Below the pieces are notes generated by a model. It saw only the letters and a list, made by a program, of their open reading frames with translations. It had not been told where the DNA came from and searched no databases. From Squalus acanthias (lineage: Eukaryota), in the NCBI GenBank assembly GCA_030390025.1, contig CM059433.1, forward strand, positions 31,932,001 through 31,996,000: DNA of 64,000 nucleotides, written 5' to 3'. Of the stretch, positions 50,878-63,231 are shown piece after piece (the stretch's first letter is position 1; the number at the start of each line of letters is the position of its first letter). Both the position numbers and the translations under genes were made by a program.

Positions 50878-53050
50878 GAAGTAAAGAACATGCATTTATA
50901 AAGCACCTTTAGTGACCTCAGGACATCCCATAACGCTTTACAACCAATGAAGTATTTGTGAAGTGTAGCCACTGTTGGAATGTAGGGAATTTATACACAG
51001 CAAGGTCCCACAATCAGCAATGGCATAATGATCAGGTAATGTGTTTTTTAGTGATGTTGGTTGAGAGATAAATATTGACCAGGACACTAGGTAGATTTCC
51101 CATGCTCTTCTTCATAATGGTGCCATGGGATCATTTAGGTCCACCTGAGAGGGCAGACGGGGCCTCCGTTTAACATCTCATCCGAATGACTACACCTTAT
51201 ATAGTGCAGCACTCCCTCAGTACAGCACTGGAGTGTCAGCCTAGATGTTTATGGGCAAGTCTCTTCAGTAGGACTTGAACCCCCAACCTTCTGATTCAGG
51301 CCGGAATTTTGCCGGCGCTCAGCGGACGTTATGGGTAGCAAGTCAGCTGTTAAATTTTAAATGATTGACAGCGGGTCGGGAACCCACTGTCAAAGCACAC
51401 ACACTGGACTTTCCCAATGCCGGGTCTGCCAGCACTGAGCAGACCCAACACGCAGCGACGAGGGAGGCAATTAAAATCATTAATGGCTTGCTTCAGCCAC
51501 TTATCAATGGTGTTTTCCCAGCTTTTTGGATTTGACAGGTCGCCCACCAGTTTCCCACTGTGCCTAGACCTTGTCTGTGAAGCTGAGGCGGGAGGTCAGT
51601 GGTCATTAATTCAGGTGATGAGTTGGCAGCTTCAAATGTCAAGTCAAAGCTTCCAGCTGATTAAGATATGTTCCCTTAACCACTAGCTTCTGTAAACTGC
51701 ATTTCCACTACAGATTCAGGATGCTGCAAATCTTTACACAAGTCTCCATCCAATCTGATCTCATTACTTCTCCCACCATTGACAGAATGCTTCTGTCATC
51801 TCTACTTCACCTGCCATCTATTCCATTAGCATGGGTGCCCTTGAAACGCTCTCACCTTGGTCCTCAGAATCTCACCACGATCAGCCCCAACACCAGCATC
51901 ACCAGGCACACCAGCAGCACCCTCAACAACACCAACCTTCTCCACAATCAACTGATGTTGCACAGGACAGAGGGCATCAGCACCCAACCACATTGCTGCC
52001 AAGGAGACCAGGGGTGGCCTCACCATGGCCATGTTTACTTCACTTGATGCTGTACACCCTGGTTGCCACATGATGCGCCAGGTTGGCACCACCCCACACC
52101 AACAACATAAATCATCCCTACAATGCCCAAGCCATTCCTTTCACACTCATCACCATTGCGGGGGGTACTGTTATGTCTCACTATTCACTGAAACTCACTA
52201 AGCCACTTCCAAAGGTGCACACAAATCTGTCCAAGAATACAAAGTGTTGAAAATAAAGGTTTCAATCTTTGACACCACATTAACAGAAACTTTACATGAA
52301 CATTGGATAAAACACCCAAATGCCTACCCTTGTGTGTTGTTAGTTAGTATGATTGCACGAGGATGAGGGTGAGTGTGAGAGGTGGCTAGTGAGATGGGGA
52401 AGTGATAATGTAGACAGAGAGGGATGGGTGGAGGTGCAAGGTAAGTTGGTGTGAGTAAGGATGTGCAGGAGTAGGGTAGGGAAGGCAGAGTGATGGGGAT
52501 GCGATGAGAGGCACAGCAGGATGAGCTTTAGTGTGGCTTTGTACTAACGTTTCGTGATCTACTGATCATTGAAACATTTGTAGTACTTCACCCAGGTCCT
52601 CCTGACCACATCCCTGCTTGTGCCCTCCTGTGCAATGTGCAACCAGGCTGTGTTGATCTCCTGGGGAGGTCCCTTCTATCCATGAGAGGGAGCATAGGAG
52701 AACCTGGGTGCAGCCCTGCACCTCTGTGCATTGCTTGTCAGTGTTTGCAGCACCTCAATGATGTAGAACACTGACAGCACAAATGTCAAATTAAAGTTGG
52801 CCATGGTCCTTTAAGGAAACCGACTGATGACGCGTCATGAAATGACGTCACCAGACCCTGCATCCTCTAATTGGCCGGGAAACGCGCTGAGCAGGCTTAA
52901 CAAGCCCAATCAAGGTAAATTTTTGCTACAGAGCGGACTGGAGCCAGAAGCGGGGTCGAGACACGCCACCGACATCGCCCACCATGGACCTGCCGAGGTT
53001 CATAAAATCGTGGTCACAGAGGCGAGGATGGTACCAACTGAGCCACAGCC
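50878..53050 (-). mobile_element. Full-length Deu-SINE whose tRNA head is split by a Harbinger element
   Basis: Body at 50878-51298. The remainder of the head (GTGGCTCAGTTGGTACC, A-box) lies at ~53016-53050. Confidence 0.75.
51299..53015. mobile_element. Harbinger internal-deletion derivative with Myb/SANT ORF remnant
   Basis: Ends GGCCGGAATTTT...AAAATCGTGGTC, flanked by TCA/ACA. The minus strand at ~52560-52735 reads RCRAAPRFS...TAWLHIAQEGTSRDVVRRTWVKYYKCFND, like the W..IA..V...RTW.QCRKRFND trihelix motif. Confidence 0.78.
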
Positions 53051-53322
53051 ACAGTGATGAATACACAAGGAGAATACCAAACATGCAAGTGGAGCCCATT
53101 CTCACATGGGCTCCCCAACAACTAGATCTGCCAATATATGCACAGGGCTTATGAGTGGCTGCTGCACTACATTGTTCTCTAGCAATCTGTGCTGGAGCCT
53201 TGAGGACGTGTTCAAGGAGTTTGACGCGTGGTTATGTTTTGATATAGGCTTTCTATCAAATTAAATTGAGTCTACTTTGTTTTGGGCCTGTTGAACTTGT
53301 CCTCATTTGGGCTTATCCTCCT

Positions 53323-54094
53323 TTACCTGAATGGTGGCAGATTAGGGAAAGGGGAGGTGCAACGAGACCTGGGTGTCATGGTACATCAGTCACTGAAGGT
53401 GGGAAGGCAAGTGCAGCAGGCAGTCAAGAAAGCAAATGGCATGATGGCCTTCATAGCAAGGGGATTTGAGTACAGGAGTAGGGAGGTGATGCTACAGTTG
53501 TACAGGGCCTTGGTGAGGCCACACCTGGAGTATTGTGTGCAGTTTTGGTCTCCTAACTTGAGGAAGGACATTCTTGCTATTGAGGGAGTGCAACGAAGGT
53601 TCACTAGATTGATTCCTGGGATGGCCAGACTGACATATCAAGAAAGACTGGATCAACTGAACTTGTATCCTCTGGAGTTCAGAAGAATGAGGGGGGATCT
53701 TATAGAGATGTTTAAAATCCTGACTGGTTTAGACAAATTAGATGCGGGCAGAATGTTTCCAATGTTAGGGAAAACTAAAACCAGGGGTCACAGTCTAAGG
53801 ATAAAGGGGAAGCCATTTAAGACTGAGATGAGGAGGAACTTCTTCACCCAGAGAGTGGTGAATCTGTGGAATTCTCTACCACAGAAGGTTGTTGAGGCCA
53901 GTTTGCTAAATATATTCAAAAGGGAGTTAGATATAATACTCACAACTAGGGGGATCAAGGGGTATGGCGAGAAAGCAGGAATGGGGTACTGAGGTAGCAT
54001 GTTCAGCCATGAACGCATTAAATGGCGGTGCAGGCTCGAAGGACCGAATGGTCTACTCCTGCACCTATTTTCTATGTTTCTATGTTTCTATGTT
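53323..54094 (+). mobile_element. Young 5'-truncated CR1, nearly identical to 2714-3473
   Basis: Only 3 amino-acid differences are visible across the shared translation. (TTCTATGT)x3 tail. Inserted in an L2 3' remnant. Confidence 0.95.
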
Positions 54095-54149
54095 TAAGAT
54101 GTTCCTTAAAACATACCTCTTTGACCAAGCTTTTGGTCTTCTGTCACGA

Positions 54150-54626
54150 TCTTCCATCCACCTGCCACCCCGCCCCCCCCCAGCCCCCCACCACCCTCCC
54201 CAGTGATCTTGTGCCCGGCCACGATCCTCCGGTGGCCAGTCCAGATCTTCCTCACCTTCCCCCCAACTCACCTCCCTCCCCCCATCCCTCGACGGCCCCG
54301 ATCTTCCTCACCTCCCCCCATCCCCACCGCGGTCACTCAACGGCCCCGATCTTCCTCACCCTGCCTCCAGCCCCAATCCCCCGGAGGCCCCGCAACGGCC
54401 CCCACCCGATCCTTCCCTGCCTCGTCTGGGTGGCCTAGTGCCGCAGGCCTACCCGCCTGCAGCCAGCCAGCCTCTCCATCTGGCTGATGGTGGGCGGGAA
54501 ACAGAGGCAAATCAGGTCCTGCCGTTAAAGTCGGCAGGGCCTGCAGGAAAGCCATTCTCCCAGGTTTCCCGCTCGCATCGGAGCACCCCCGCCCCCAACC
54601 CACCTTCCCCATGAAAATCCAGCCCA
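54150..54626. mobile_element. Partial MITE family B
   Basis: CCTGCAGCCAGCCAGCCTCTCCATCTGGCT shared with the 25461 copy. Terminus AAAATCCAGCCC and C-rich internal repeats. Confidence 0.7.
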
Positions 54627-54779
54627 TGGTCTCTGCTTCAGTCACTAACTGTCGTGCTTTCTACAGCCCCACAACCCTCCGTGTAAAACAAATGTTTCTC
54701 CTGCTCTATGAACTAAATCTCTTATATTTAATCTTATATCTGTAGCAATTGTGATAAACTTCACATGCAACAGATTAAG

Positions 54780-55120
54780 AACAATAACTACAGAGTACCT
54801 TTAATGTGAAGATACATGCCAAGGTGCTTCACAAATAGGCACAAGGAGCAAAGAAGAGCGATTTTAGAGGGGTGACCAATAGCTTGGTTAGAGAGATGGG
54901 TTTTGAGAAGGATTATAAAGGTGAAAAGTGGACAAGTAGTTTAGGGAGGGAATGTCACAGAATAGAACCAAGGCGTCTGAAAGGTCTGCCAGCAATGGTG
55001 GGCAGAGAGCGCTGGGAGTATAGAAGGCTGGAGTCAGAGGAAGGGCTAGAGGGGTAGAGGAGATTGCAGAAGTAGGGCACATTGAGGCCATGGAGAAATT
55101 TACAGATGAAGATGAGGATT
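54780..55120 (-). mobile_element. Degraded L2 3' fragment
   Basis: Similar to 19900-20315. Confidence 0.6.
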
Positions 55121-55290
55121 GATCGATGCGCACTAGATGCACTCACTTTATTTTCTTTTGGACAAATTTGAGCACAAGAGATGATGTGATACCTGCCAGT
55201 AAATGAGTATTGCTGACATCTTAAAGAGCCATTTAGCAAAAACTGAATGATCATGTAAAGTGTCACCAACTATCTATATTTGTAGCTTAC

Positions 55291-55332
55291 CTTGGAGCTC
55301 ACTTAAATTTTTGGTGACCCGATTTTCAGCCA
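55291..55332 (-). CDS. Candidate small coding exon (42 nt, phase 1 to 1)
   Basis: Acceptor TTTTATGTTCTCGTAATATTTAAAG and donor AAG|GTAAGC. Reads AENRVTKNLSELQ and joins in frame to 47485 (G|AT = Asp). Confidence 0.45.
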
Positions 55333-56004
55333 CTTTAAATATTACGAGAACATAAAAACGAATTTCGAATCAGTACTGGTATGCAGGCTTACTACTAAGT
55401 GCCAGTCACGAGAACATATTCCCCTCGTTAGCTCTTAACATGCGGTTTTTAAAAGTATGATGATATTCATAGCATTAATGAGTCAAAGAGACAAACTTCA
55501 TGCCGTGACAAATTATTAAAATATACTACTTTTGGAGCATTAACTGAGGAGATTCCAGGAACTGAGTGGAGTCAAAATTGAGTCCCAGTCTCCACATCTG
55601 AATGAATTATGCAAATAGGAAGCTGCTAAATTAGAAAAGTTCATTCAACGGCAAACTCCCACACAAGCAGCATAAGCAGATGCAACCCACCAGAGGTTGA
55701 TGTTTCTGCAATCCCAATCAGCACCTCAGAGTTCAGTCCACTTTTACTTTGATCTTCCCCTGGTGCTTGTTGCAGAATTTTTATTCCACAAAAGGTCATT
55801 GGGATGACACAAGAGACCAGCATCCATGTGAAGAGACTTTGTGCAGATTATATGAGTGTATTTTTATCCTCTCAGCTTTTTTTCCACACCATCACTTGAA
55901 ATGGATGATCAAATATTTTTACATTTTAAGAAAAAATAATTTATTTGGTTAGGAAGAGAAATGTGGAGGTGGACAAGAAGCAGCATGACCGTGTGTTCAG
56001 GATA

Positions 56005-56420
56005 TCATAGAATCATACAGCACAGAAGGAGGCCATTCAGTCCATCGAAGCCTGTGCCGGCTCTTTGAAAGAGCTATCCAATTAGTCCCACTCCTCTGCT
56101 CTTTCCCAATGGCCCTGCAAATATTTCCTTTTCAAAAGTTACTAATGAATCTTCTTCCACCACCCTTTCAGGCGGTGCATTCCAGATCATAATAACTCGT
56201 TGTTGTCAAAAAAATTCTCCTCATCTCCCCTCTGGTTCTTTTCCTAATTATCTTAAAACTGTGTCCTCTGGTTACCGACCCTCCTGTCAGTGGAAACAGT
56301 TTTTCAAAATTTTGAACACCACTATTAAATCTCCCCTCAACCTTCTCTGCTCTAAGGAGAACAATCTCAGCTTCTCCAGTCTCCACATAACTGAAGTCCC
56401 TCATCCCTGGTATCATTTTG
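56005..56420 (-). mobile_element. CR1 3' fragment
   Basis: KMIPGMRDFSY...EKLFPLTGGSVTRGHSFKII followed by a 3'UTR. Confidence 0.8.
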
Positions 56421-56914
56421 GTATCATATCTGATTGGGGAGTGCTTGAAGCTGATACGAGGTGCACAAAATGAGGAATTGTTTCCATTTCCCAGCACTGA
56501 TAACCTTCACTTTAATAATAAATCACAATGACTCAAATAAGATTTTGTTTCCAACTTAATCACCAAGATCATCAGTGACAGAATAAAATGTACACCAAAT
56601 TCAGACAAAGTTGGCCTAAAACATTACAGCATAGCACTGTGCCATTAATTATTTCTGGTTGAGGTTACTGTTTTGAAGATTAGTTACCTCATTCTTCACT
56701 GCAGTTAGAAAGCAAAGCTCCAATAATGGGTATCAATTCCCAGGCTAGTAGTTGAGACAGAAACGATGTCAACATTCAAGATTAGATTGGCTAGGTAGAC
56801 AAAGGAAAAGGAGTTGAAGTGATATAGGAACAAGATGGGCCAATGTGATTACAACGATGTTTCTTGTGTGCAGGGTGAACGCCGACACAAACGCATTGAG
56901 CCGAATGGCCTGCC

Positions 56915-57342
56915 GTGGCTCAGTGGGTAGCACTCTCACCTCTGAGTTAGAAGGTTGTGGGTTCATGTTCCACTCCAGAAACTAGAGCACATAATCTAAG
57001 AGGGAATGCTGCACTGTCAGAGGTGGTGTCTTTCAGGTGAGATGTTAAACCGAGGCCCTGTTTGCCCTCTTTGGTGGACGTAAATGATCCCAAGGCACTA
57101 TTTCAAAGAAGAGCAGGGGAATTCTCCCCGGTGTCTTGGCTGATATTTATCCCTCAACCGACTTCAGTAAAACAGGTTTTCTGGTCATCATCACATTACT
57201 GATTGTGGGATCATGATGTGCGCAAATTGGCTGCCGCGTTTTCCTACGTTACCCTTCAAAAGTACTTCATTAGCTGTAAAGCGCTTTGGGACATCCTGAG
57301 ATTATGAATGGTGCTATATAAATTGAAGTTTTTCTTTCTTTT
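56915..57342 (+). mobile_element. Near full-length Deu-domain SINE
   Basis: tRNA head GTGGCTCAGTGGGTAGCACTCTC...GGTTCA, Deu core and CTTT tail. Confidence 0.85.
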
Positions 57343-57369
57343 CTATGCACATCTACTTACATAGACTCT

Positions 57370-57781
57370 GGGCTGGATATTTACTGGGGTGGGTTGCGTA
57401 GGTGAGGGGAAAGGCCGAGTTTCAGATGGGAAACCCAGAAGTCTGGGTTTCCCTGCATGTTGTGAAGGTTTAACTCCACAGCACGCGACTTTTGACCCTG
57501 ACAGGTTCCTTGCCCAAAAGTCAGCCTGATTGGCAGGCTTGGCTTCCAGTCAGGCGGGGAGCACTTCAGAGGAGGTCGCAGGACCAGGTAGGTCCGATCC
57601 CCAACCCCGGGGTGGGGGTTCCGACTCCTGGGAGCGGGTTGGCTGCCCGCCTCTTGTCCCGCCTCCGTAAAACCCAGACGTCGGCGGGTTGGAGCCGGCT
57701 TCCCGACGTGCTCAGAATATTTGCCCACTAAACCCCTCACCTGCACCCGCTCCCACCCGTTTACCCATGTTAAATTTCCCC
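57370..57781. mobile_element. Short MITE related to family B
   Basis: Ends GGGCTGGATATTT...TTAAATTTCCCC. Confidence 0.65.
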
Positions 57782-59444
57782 AATTGGCATCTGTTGTGCA
57801 GCTGTGTCCAGACAGCGTTCGCTACTGCTGGTTTCTGCCCTGCCTGTACATTCTTCAGTAATTTACAGTATCAAAACTGTTGGGCATATTGTACAGCCTT
57901 CATCTTGTCATACTAATGATATTCTGGAAGTGCAATTCTACATCTAAAACTTCATACACAAGGGTGTTCACATCAAAACCCATAGAGATAATTAACATCT
58001 GCCCAAGGTTTAATGTTAAGACCCTAGCCTTTTACGATGGTGCAAACAATTAAAAGAACTGCTCTACAAATCCCTTCACACTTCATTGCTAAAAATTACT
58101 TTTTACTCCAGCCTCCAATATTTTATATTAATATTCATTACAAGGATGTTAGTCTAGCAAACACATTTAAATCTGGGCTAAGTCAGACAAGAAATGAAGA
58201 GGGATCTGAAGCAATGGTGTGCTCATGATGTGAAATGTTTACAGATGTCATAGGTGAGCAATTCAGACGGGGGAGCTGTTACGATGGATGTCGCCTAATA
58301 AAGGAGCTAACAAACAGGACAGATGAACTGGAGAAGGGTTTAAACTCTCAGGGAACTTGATAACTGATCATTTTGTTTTAGATTATTGGCTAGCATCTTG
58401 ACCCAGTAGGAGAGACAACTACCGATGGGCAGGTGGATCAAGTAAAGGTTGTGCGGAAGTAATGCGTTGATACATGCCAACCGTCAGCATCTGAGGTGAA
58501 CGTCAGCAATTTAGGGACACTGTGCGCACATCTGCGTTTGAAGATGGAAATCAGCATCGCTTTAGGGCTCCATTCGCAACACCTTTCATGCTGTTTGGCT
58601 TGTCATCACTGCTGCGCACTGTGGAGGGAACTCTCATGGGATCAGGAGCTCCCACCACAGTGTACAGTTCCGATCAAAACTGGAGCAGCAGCAGCAACAG
58701 GAGCTGAAATCCCAGGGCAGCGCGGAGAAGAGTGGCACCCAGGGGGGTGGAGAACTAACACTGCTGCAGGCGGGCAGCAGATTTCTCAGGGGCTGACCTT
58801 GAGGTACTCCTGGCTCAGACGCAACAAAGGCGAGATAGGCTGGGTGGCAAGGGACCCCTAAAGTCAGTAGTATGCACCACGTGTAGGGAAGTGGAAGTGG
58901 CTGTCAGTGCTATTTCACTGGCATCCAGGATGGCAGAGCAATTCAGGAAGTTGTCCCTTTTCATTGCAACCTGTCAGCCCCTTCTGTTTCTGAACCTTCT
59001 GAGAGCATGTGTTGCTTAGCCTTGTGTGCCAGCCACAAGCTTTCATTCTGTCTGCATTTTCTTGTGTGAGAAGGTGGCCCAGGAGTCTCAGGCCATAGGG
59101 AATGCCCTTGTCAACTTTTAGCCCCTCGCTCCTTCTGAAGAAGAAGTGATCCAGCACCTGGGGTGGCACATGAACACACTCTGAAGGTACTGTTGGGGAT
59201 GGAGAAGTCAACAGTCTGTGCCAGTTCTGGTTTTATTTTGACCATCTGTTGTTTTTCCATCACACCTCACAGACGCTGCCTGTTTTGCTAAGAGTTTCCA
59301 GCATTTGCAGTTTTTATTTCAGATTTCCAGCATCTCCCGTTTTTTTGCTTTCTGTTTATGTTGCTCTTCCATCTCCTGTTGCAGGGGCATAGACAACCTT
59401 CTTGAAAGCAATCTCTTGTTGCTCCTCCTACTGCAACTCATGAT

Positions 59445-59762
59445 CACAGAATCACAGAATCCCCACAGTGCAGATAGAGGCCATTTCGGCCCATCGAGCC
59501 TGCACCGACACATATCCCACCCTATCCCCGTAACCCCACGTATTTAATCCCCCTAACACTAAGGGTCAATTTATCATAGCCAAATCAACCTAACCCGCAC
59601 ATCTTTGGACTGTGGGAGGAAACCGGAGCATCCGGAGGAAACCCACGCAGACACGGGGAGAATGTGCAAACTCCACACAGACAGTCACCTGAGGCCGGAT
59701 TCGAACCCAGGTCCCTGGCGCTGTGAGGCAACAGTGCTAACCACTATGCCACTGTGTTGCCC
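59445..59762 (-). mobile_element. HE1-like V-SINE, copy 2
   Basis: Reverse complement of the head and V-domain of 5418-5710, with an (ATTCTGTG)n tail. Confidence 0.9.
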
Positions 59763-60969
59763 TTAATGATGTCTCAGTTAGTCTGCCACCTATTTTAACC
59801 TCTCGTCATCTTCTTTTCCTCTAGGTCAAACACAACAAGAAGCAGAGAAGGAGGATGATCTACCAGGCCCTTTCATCTCAGGCCACACTGCCATTCATCC
59901 TTTACTGTGCCACTCACGAGCCCAGAGCCATCCACCTCAGTGTAATAGTGTAGACAATGTCTTTCCGTAGTGCAGGCGGGTGCTGAAGGAATCCGAAGTG
60001 AAAACAGAGCCTGACGGTGTTGAGCGGACTCTCAGGAGATATCAGCCCTTGCCTCCGATCTCATGGGTCTTGCTATGAAAATGATGCTTGCCAAGCACCA
60101 CACACATGTAGAGGTACTGAGAACTGTTTCCAAGCATGTGCAGGAGAGGGCGCAGTTCATGGGGGAGTCCACTACCATCCTTAGCTTCACCGTAAGGGAA
60201 ATCACATCATCACTATGAGGTGCTTTGGAGAGCGTGGCAGCGACAGGCCACACTGCAGCCATCCTTCCCCAGTTCAGAGGTCCCAAGTCCAGTCAGTGCC
60301 TCCTCCATGTAAGCACAGACTGCAGGCCTTGAGATATTGGGGGACAGATTGAAAAAAGCAATGTCTTCTGGTCTCCAAGATATTAGGGTGAAGATGCAGA
60401 CAAGCATCTTGCAGGGCTTATAGGATCTGCTAGCAGCCATTGGGTCAGCCCCTCTGTTGATCAGTGGACAGATAAAACCAGGGCCAGGTACCAATGGGAC
60501 GACAGGAGTCTATTCACATGATGCTACTGTCCCTCAGAGGAGAAACACAGGGACTGCTTTCGACCAGACCCCTCAAATACCTGCTCTTGTAGTAGGAAGG
60601 CGGCAGGACCAGGTTGCCCTGGAAACTGCAGGTCTATACCAAGATTCAGCTGCCTGGACAGGAGGGTTTCCTCAGTTATGAAATGCTCACAGTCAACATA
60701 GCGGACAGCCACCTCTCACATCCCTGTCCCTCAGGTAGCACCTAGAAAGAGAAGCAAAATAGGCCTGAAGGACATCATGCAGAGCCGCCAAGGGGAAGCA
60801 CAGTGTCCGAAAGAGCAGGCACTGTGATATCAGAGGTGCCAAAAATAAACCTCTTCCTGATATTGAAGGTTTACCATTTCTGTTCAATGTCCCTTGCTTG
60901 CTCAGACTGCGCAGATTTAAGTATGGAGTTGGGGCATATAGATGAGTGTAAGAGGAGGTTGGATGCATT

Positions 60970-61335
60970 TATAGCATTACACAGAGTCTACAGCACAGAA
61001 CAGGTCATTCGGCCCAACTAGTCCATGGCGATGTTTATGCTCCACAGGAGCATCATCCCACTCTACTTCATCTAACCTGATCAGCATATCCTTCTATTAC
61101 TTTCTCCCTCATGTACTTACCTAGCTTTCAAAAGTACTTCATTGGCTGTAAAGCGCTTTGGGATGTCCGGTGGTCGTGAAAAGCGCTATATAAATGCAAG
61201 TCTTTCTTTCTTCTTTTTTTTCTTTCCCTGTAAATGTATCGATGCTATTCGCCTCAACTACACCTTGTGGTCGCGAGTTCCACATTCTCACCACTCTCTG
61301 AGTAATGAAGTTTCTCCTGAATTCCCATTCGTCTG
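60970..61335 (-). mobile_element. CR1 3' fragment with a Deu-SINE 3' piece inserted (~61128-61220)
   Basis: EFRRNFITQRVVRMWNSRPQGVVEANSIDTF, interrupted by CAAAAGTACTTCATTGGCTGTAAAGCGCTTTGGG. Confidence 0.75.
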
Positions 61336-62949
61336 TTTGTAGATATTGATTTGGCGTGTTTAAATGAGAGGAGATAATGTCCATGATGAGTTGTCTGCAA
61401 AGCAGGGTTGATCTTCTGCCTCCTCTTCATACTGCTTTTCTCCTCTGCGTTGGCTGCAAGGGCCCACTGCACTGATCCTCACCACGTATGTTAGTCAGCC
61501 GTATGGTGTCATGAGCCACGGTATTTAAGGGACAATAATTCTGGAAAAATCTGAATCCCTATTGGTATGGAGAATCAGGTAGCCATGGGCACCACTTTGC
61601 CTGTCTGGGTGAAAGACGTGGCACGGCGGACTGGCATAAAATGAACGGGTCATGTGGCAGCTGCCAGCAAACCTAGCATTAAAATGTAGAATTTGGTACT
61701 GTTGCATCCATACAAAGCTGCATGTTCAATGAATGGAAGTACTACAGTTCAAATAGTTTAGGAAATTAGCAGATGGTGCTCGAATAGGCACTTAAGTAAC
61801 TTGTATAACCCCTGCTCCCTGGGGAGATCTGCCACACAGAGAAATTAATAGGGCTGTCATTCTGCTACTGGTGGGGGTCTGGGGGTGGGAGGGTGGTGCG
61901 GGGGAACATGCTAAAATTCATGAACTGTGCAACCTTGCTGACCAAGGTGTAAGTGACCTGATGTGTACAGCTGTTTAATGCAAACTGACTGATGTTGGTC
62001 AGGTCCTCTGTGAAACAGTTGTGATTTTAACAGGCACGGTCAGGTGGGCAACAACTCTGGCTGCAGCGAGAGGCACAGCTCACCCCAGGACTTCTTTAAG
62101 TGAAGCACAGCCTCTTCACATAGTTCTCCAGACTTAAACCCTGGAACTACCCAATGAATCCAATGCAGGAGGGCTTCATCCTTCTCTGGTGATATCTTAT
62201 GAGCCTATCCTCCACCTCGTCCTCCTCCGTACCAATAGGGATTCTGATTTTTCTAGAATAATTGTCCCTTCAATTCCCTGAGGGACTCAGCCAGTTTTGG
62301 ATGCAAGCCAGGGGGAGGGGTGGGAACAACCAATCGCGAAGCAGCAGAGCGAAAAAATATTTTGCAAACCGATGGTAAAATACCGGAGATATGAGGCAAA
62401 GTATCATAAAGACTATTAATCACTTTATTCAAGCACTTCCACTTTTGATCATCTGATCCTGGCAAGTTGGCCCAATTTGTACAGGTGTACTATATGTTGA
62501 AGCACTCGGAAAGAATGGTCTCTGAGATGGGTGACATCTTCCTGCCATATCCTATAAGGGGAGGCGGGCGGTGGGGGTTGTGCTTCTTGAACCCATGCCC
62601 AACTCCAGCTGAATTTCAGATGCTGGTAAAGAGGGGCGGATTCCTGACCCAAATTCCTCCCTGCCAGTCCAGATTTTCATGTGTCTGCAATGGAGGAATG
62701 ATTGGGCTCAGATTCCAAGTCTTGGGGCATGCTGAAACAGTGGATGAACCTACTGACAATACACTTATAATGGCAGATAATTGGGCGATGACAAGGAGTC
62801 AGAACCAGAGAATCAGTGGTTCGGAGGGTGGCTATCCACATAGATAACGTGAACAGAATGGGGAGCTGCCACCCTGGAGCCAGAGTTGCATATACAGAAG
62901 ACAAGCTACAGAAGTAGAGGTTCAGAGGTAGCTGTCTATGTTGAGGGAA

Positions 62950-63230
62950 CGATACAGGGCGAAGCAACACTGAGGCTCTTAAAGACAGATATGGGGGAAT
63001 ATGCAGCAAATTCAAACAGAGGGGATATGATATTGTGCTCTCCGGAATCCTTCCAGTGCTAAGCAAAGTGGATGAGACTAACAGGGAATTGAGGAAGTTA
63101 ATAACTGACTAGCTAAATATTGCATGAGAAACAAAGCAAAGTTCATCAAAACCAGATTTTTGGAATAAAGAGAGCTGACAGAACAGGGTGGGCAGTACCT
63201 AAATACAACCGGTACTGGGATCTTGTGCGA
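62950..63230 (+). pseudogene. Ancient LINE ORF1 SGNH-esterase remnant
   Basis: GYDIVLSGILPV and GQYLNTTGTGIL parallel VVISGLLPVP and GLHLGRTGTDVL in the ORF1 at 9915-10865. Confidence 0.5.
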
Positions 63231-63231
63231 A

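Noticed and set aside
56688..56698. 11-nt microexon with good splice signals on the minus strand
   Set aside because: The frame needed to join the 55332 exon contains TGA.
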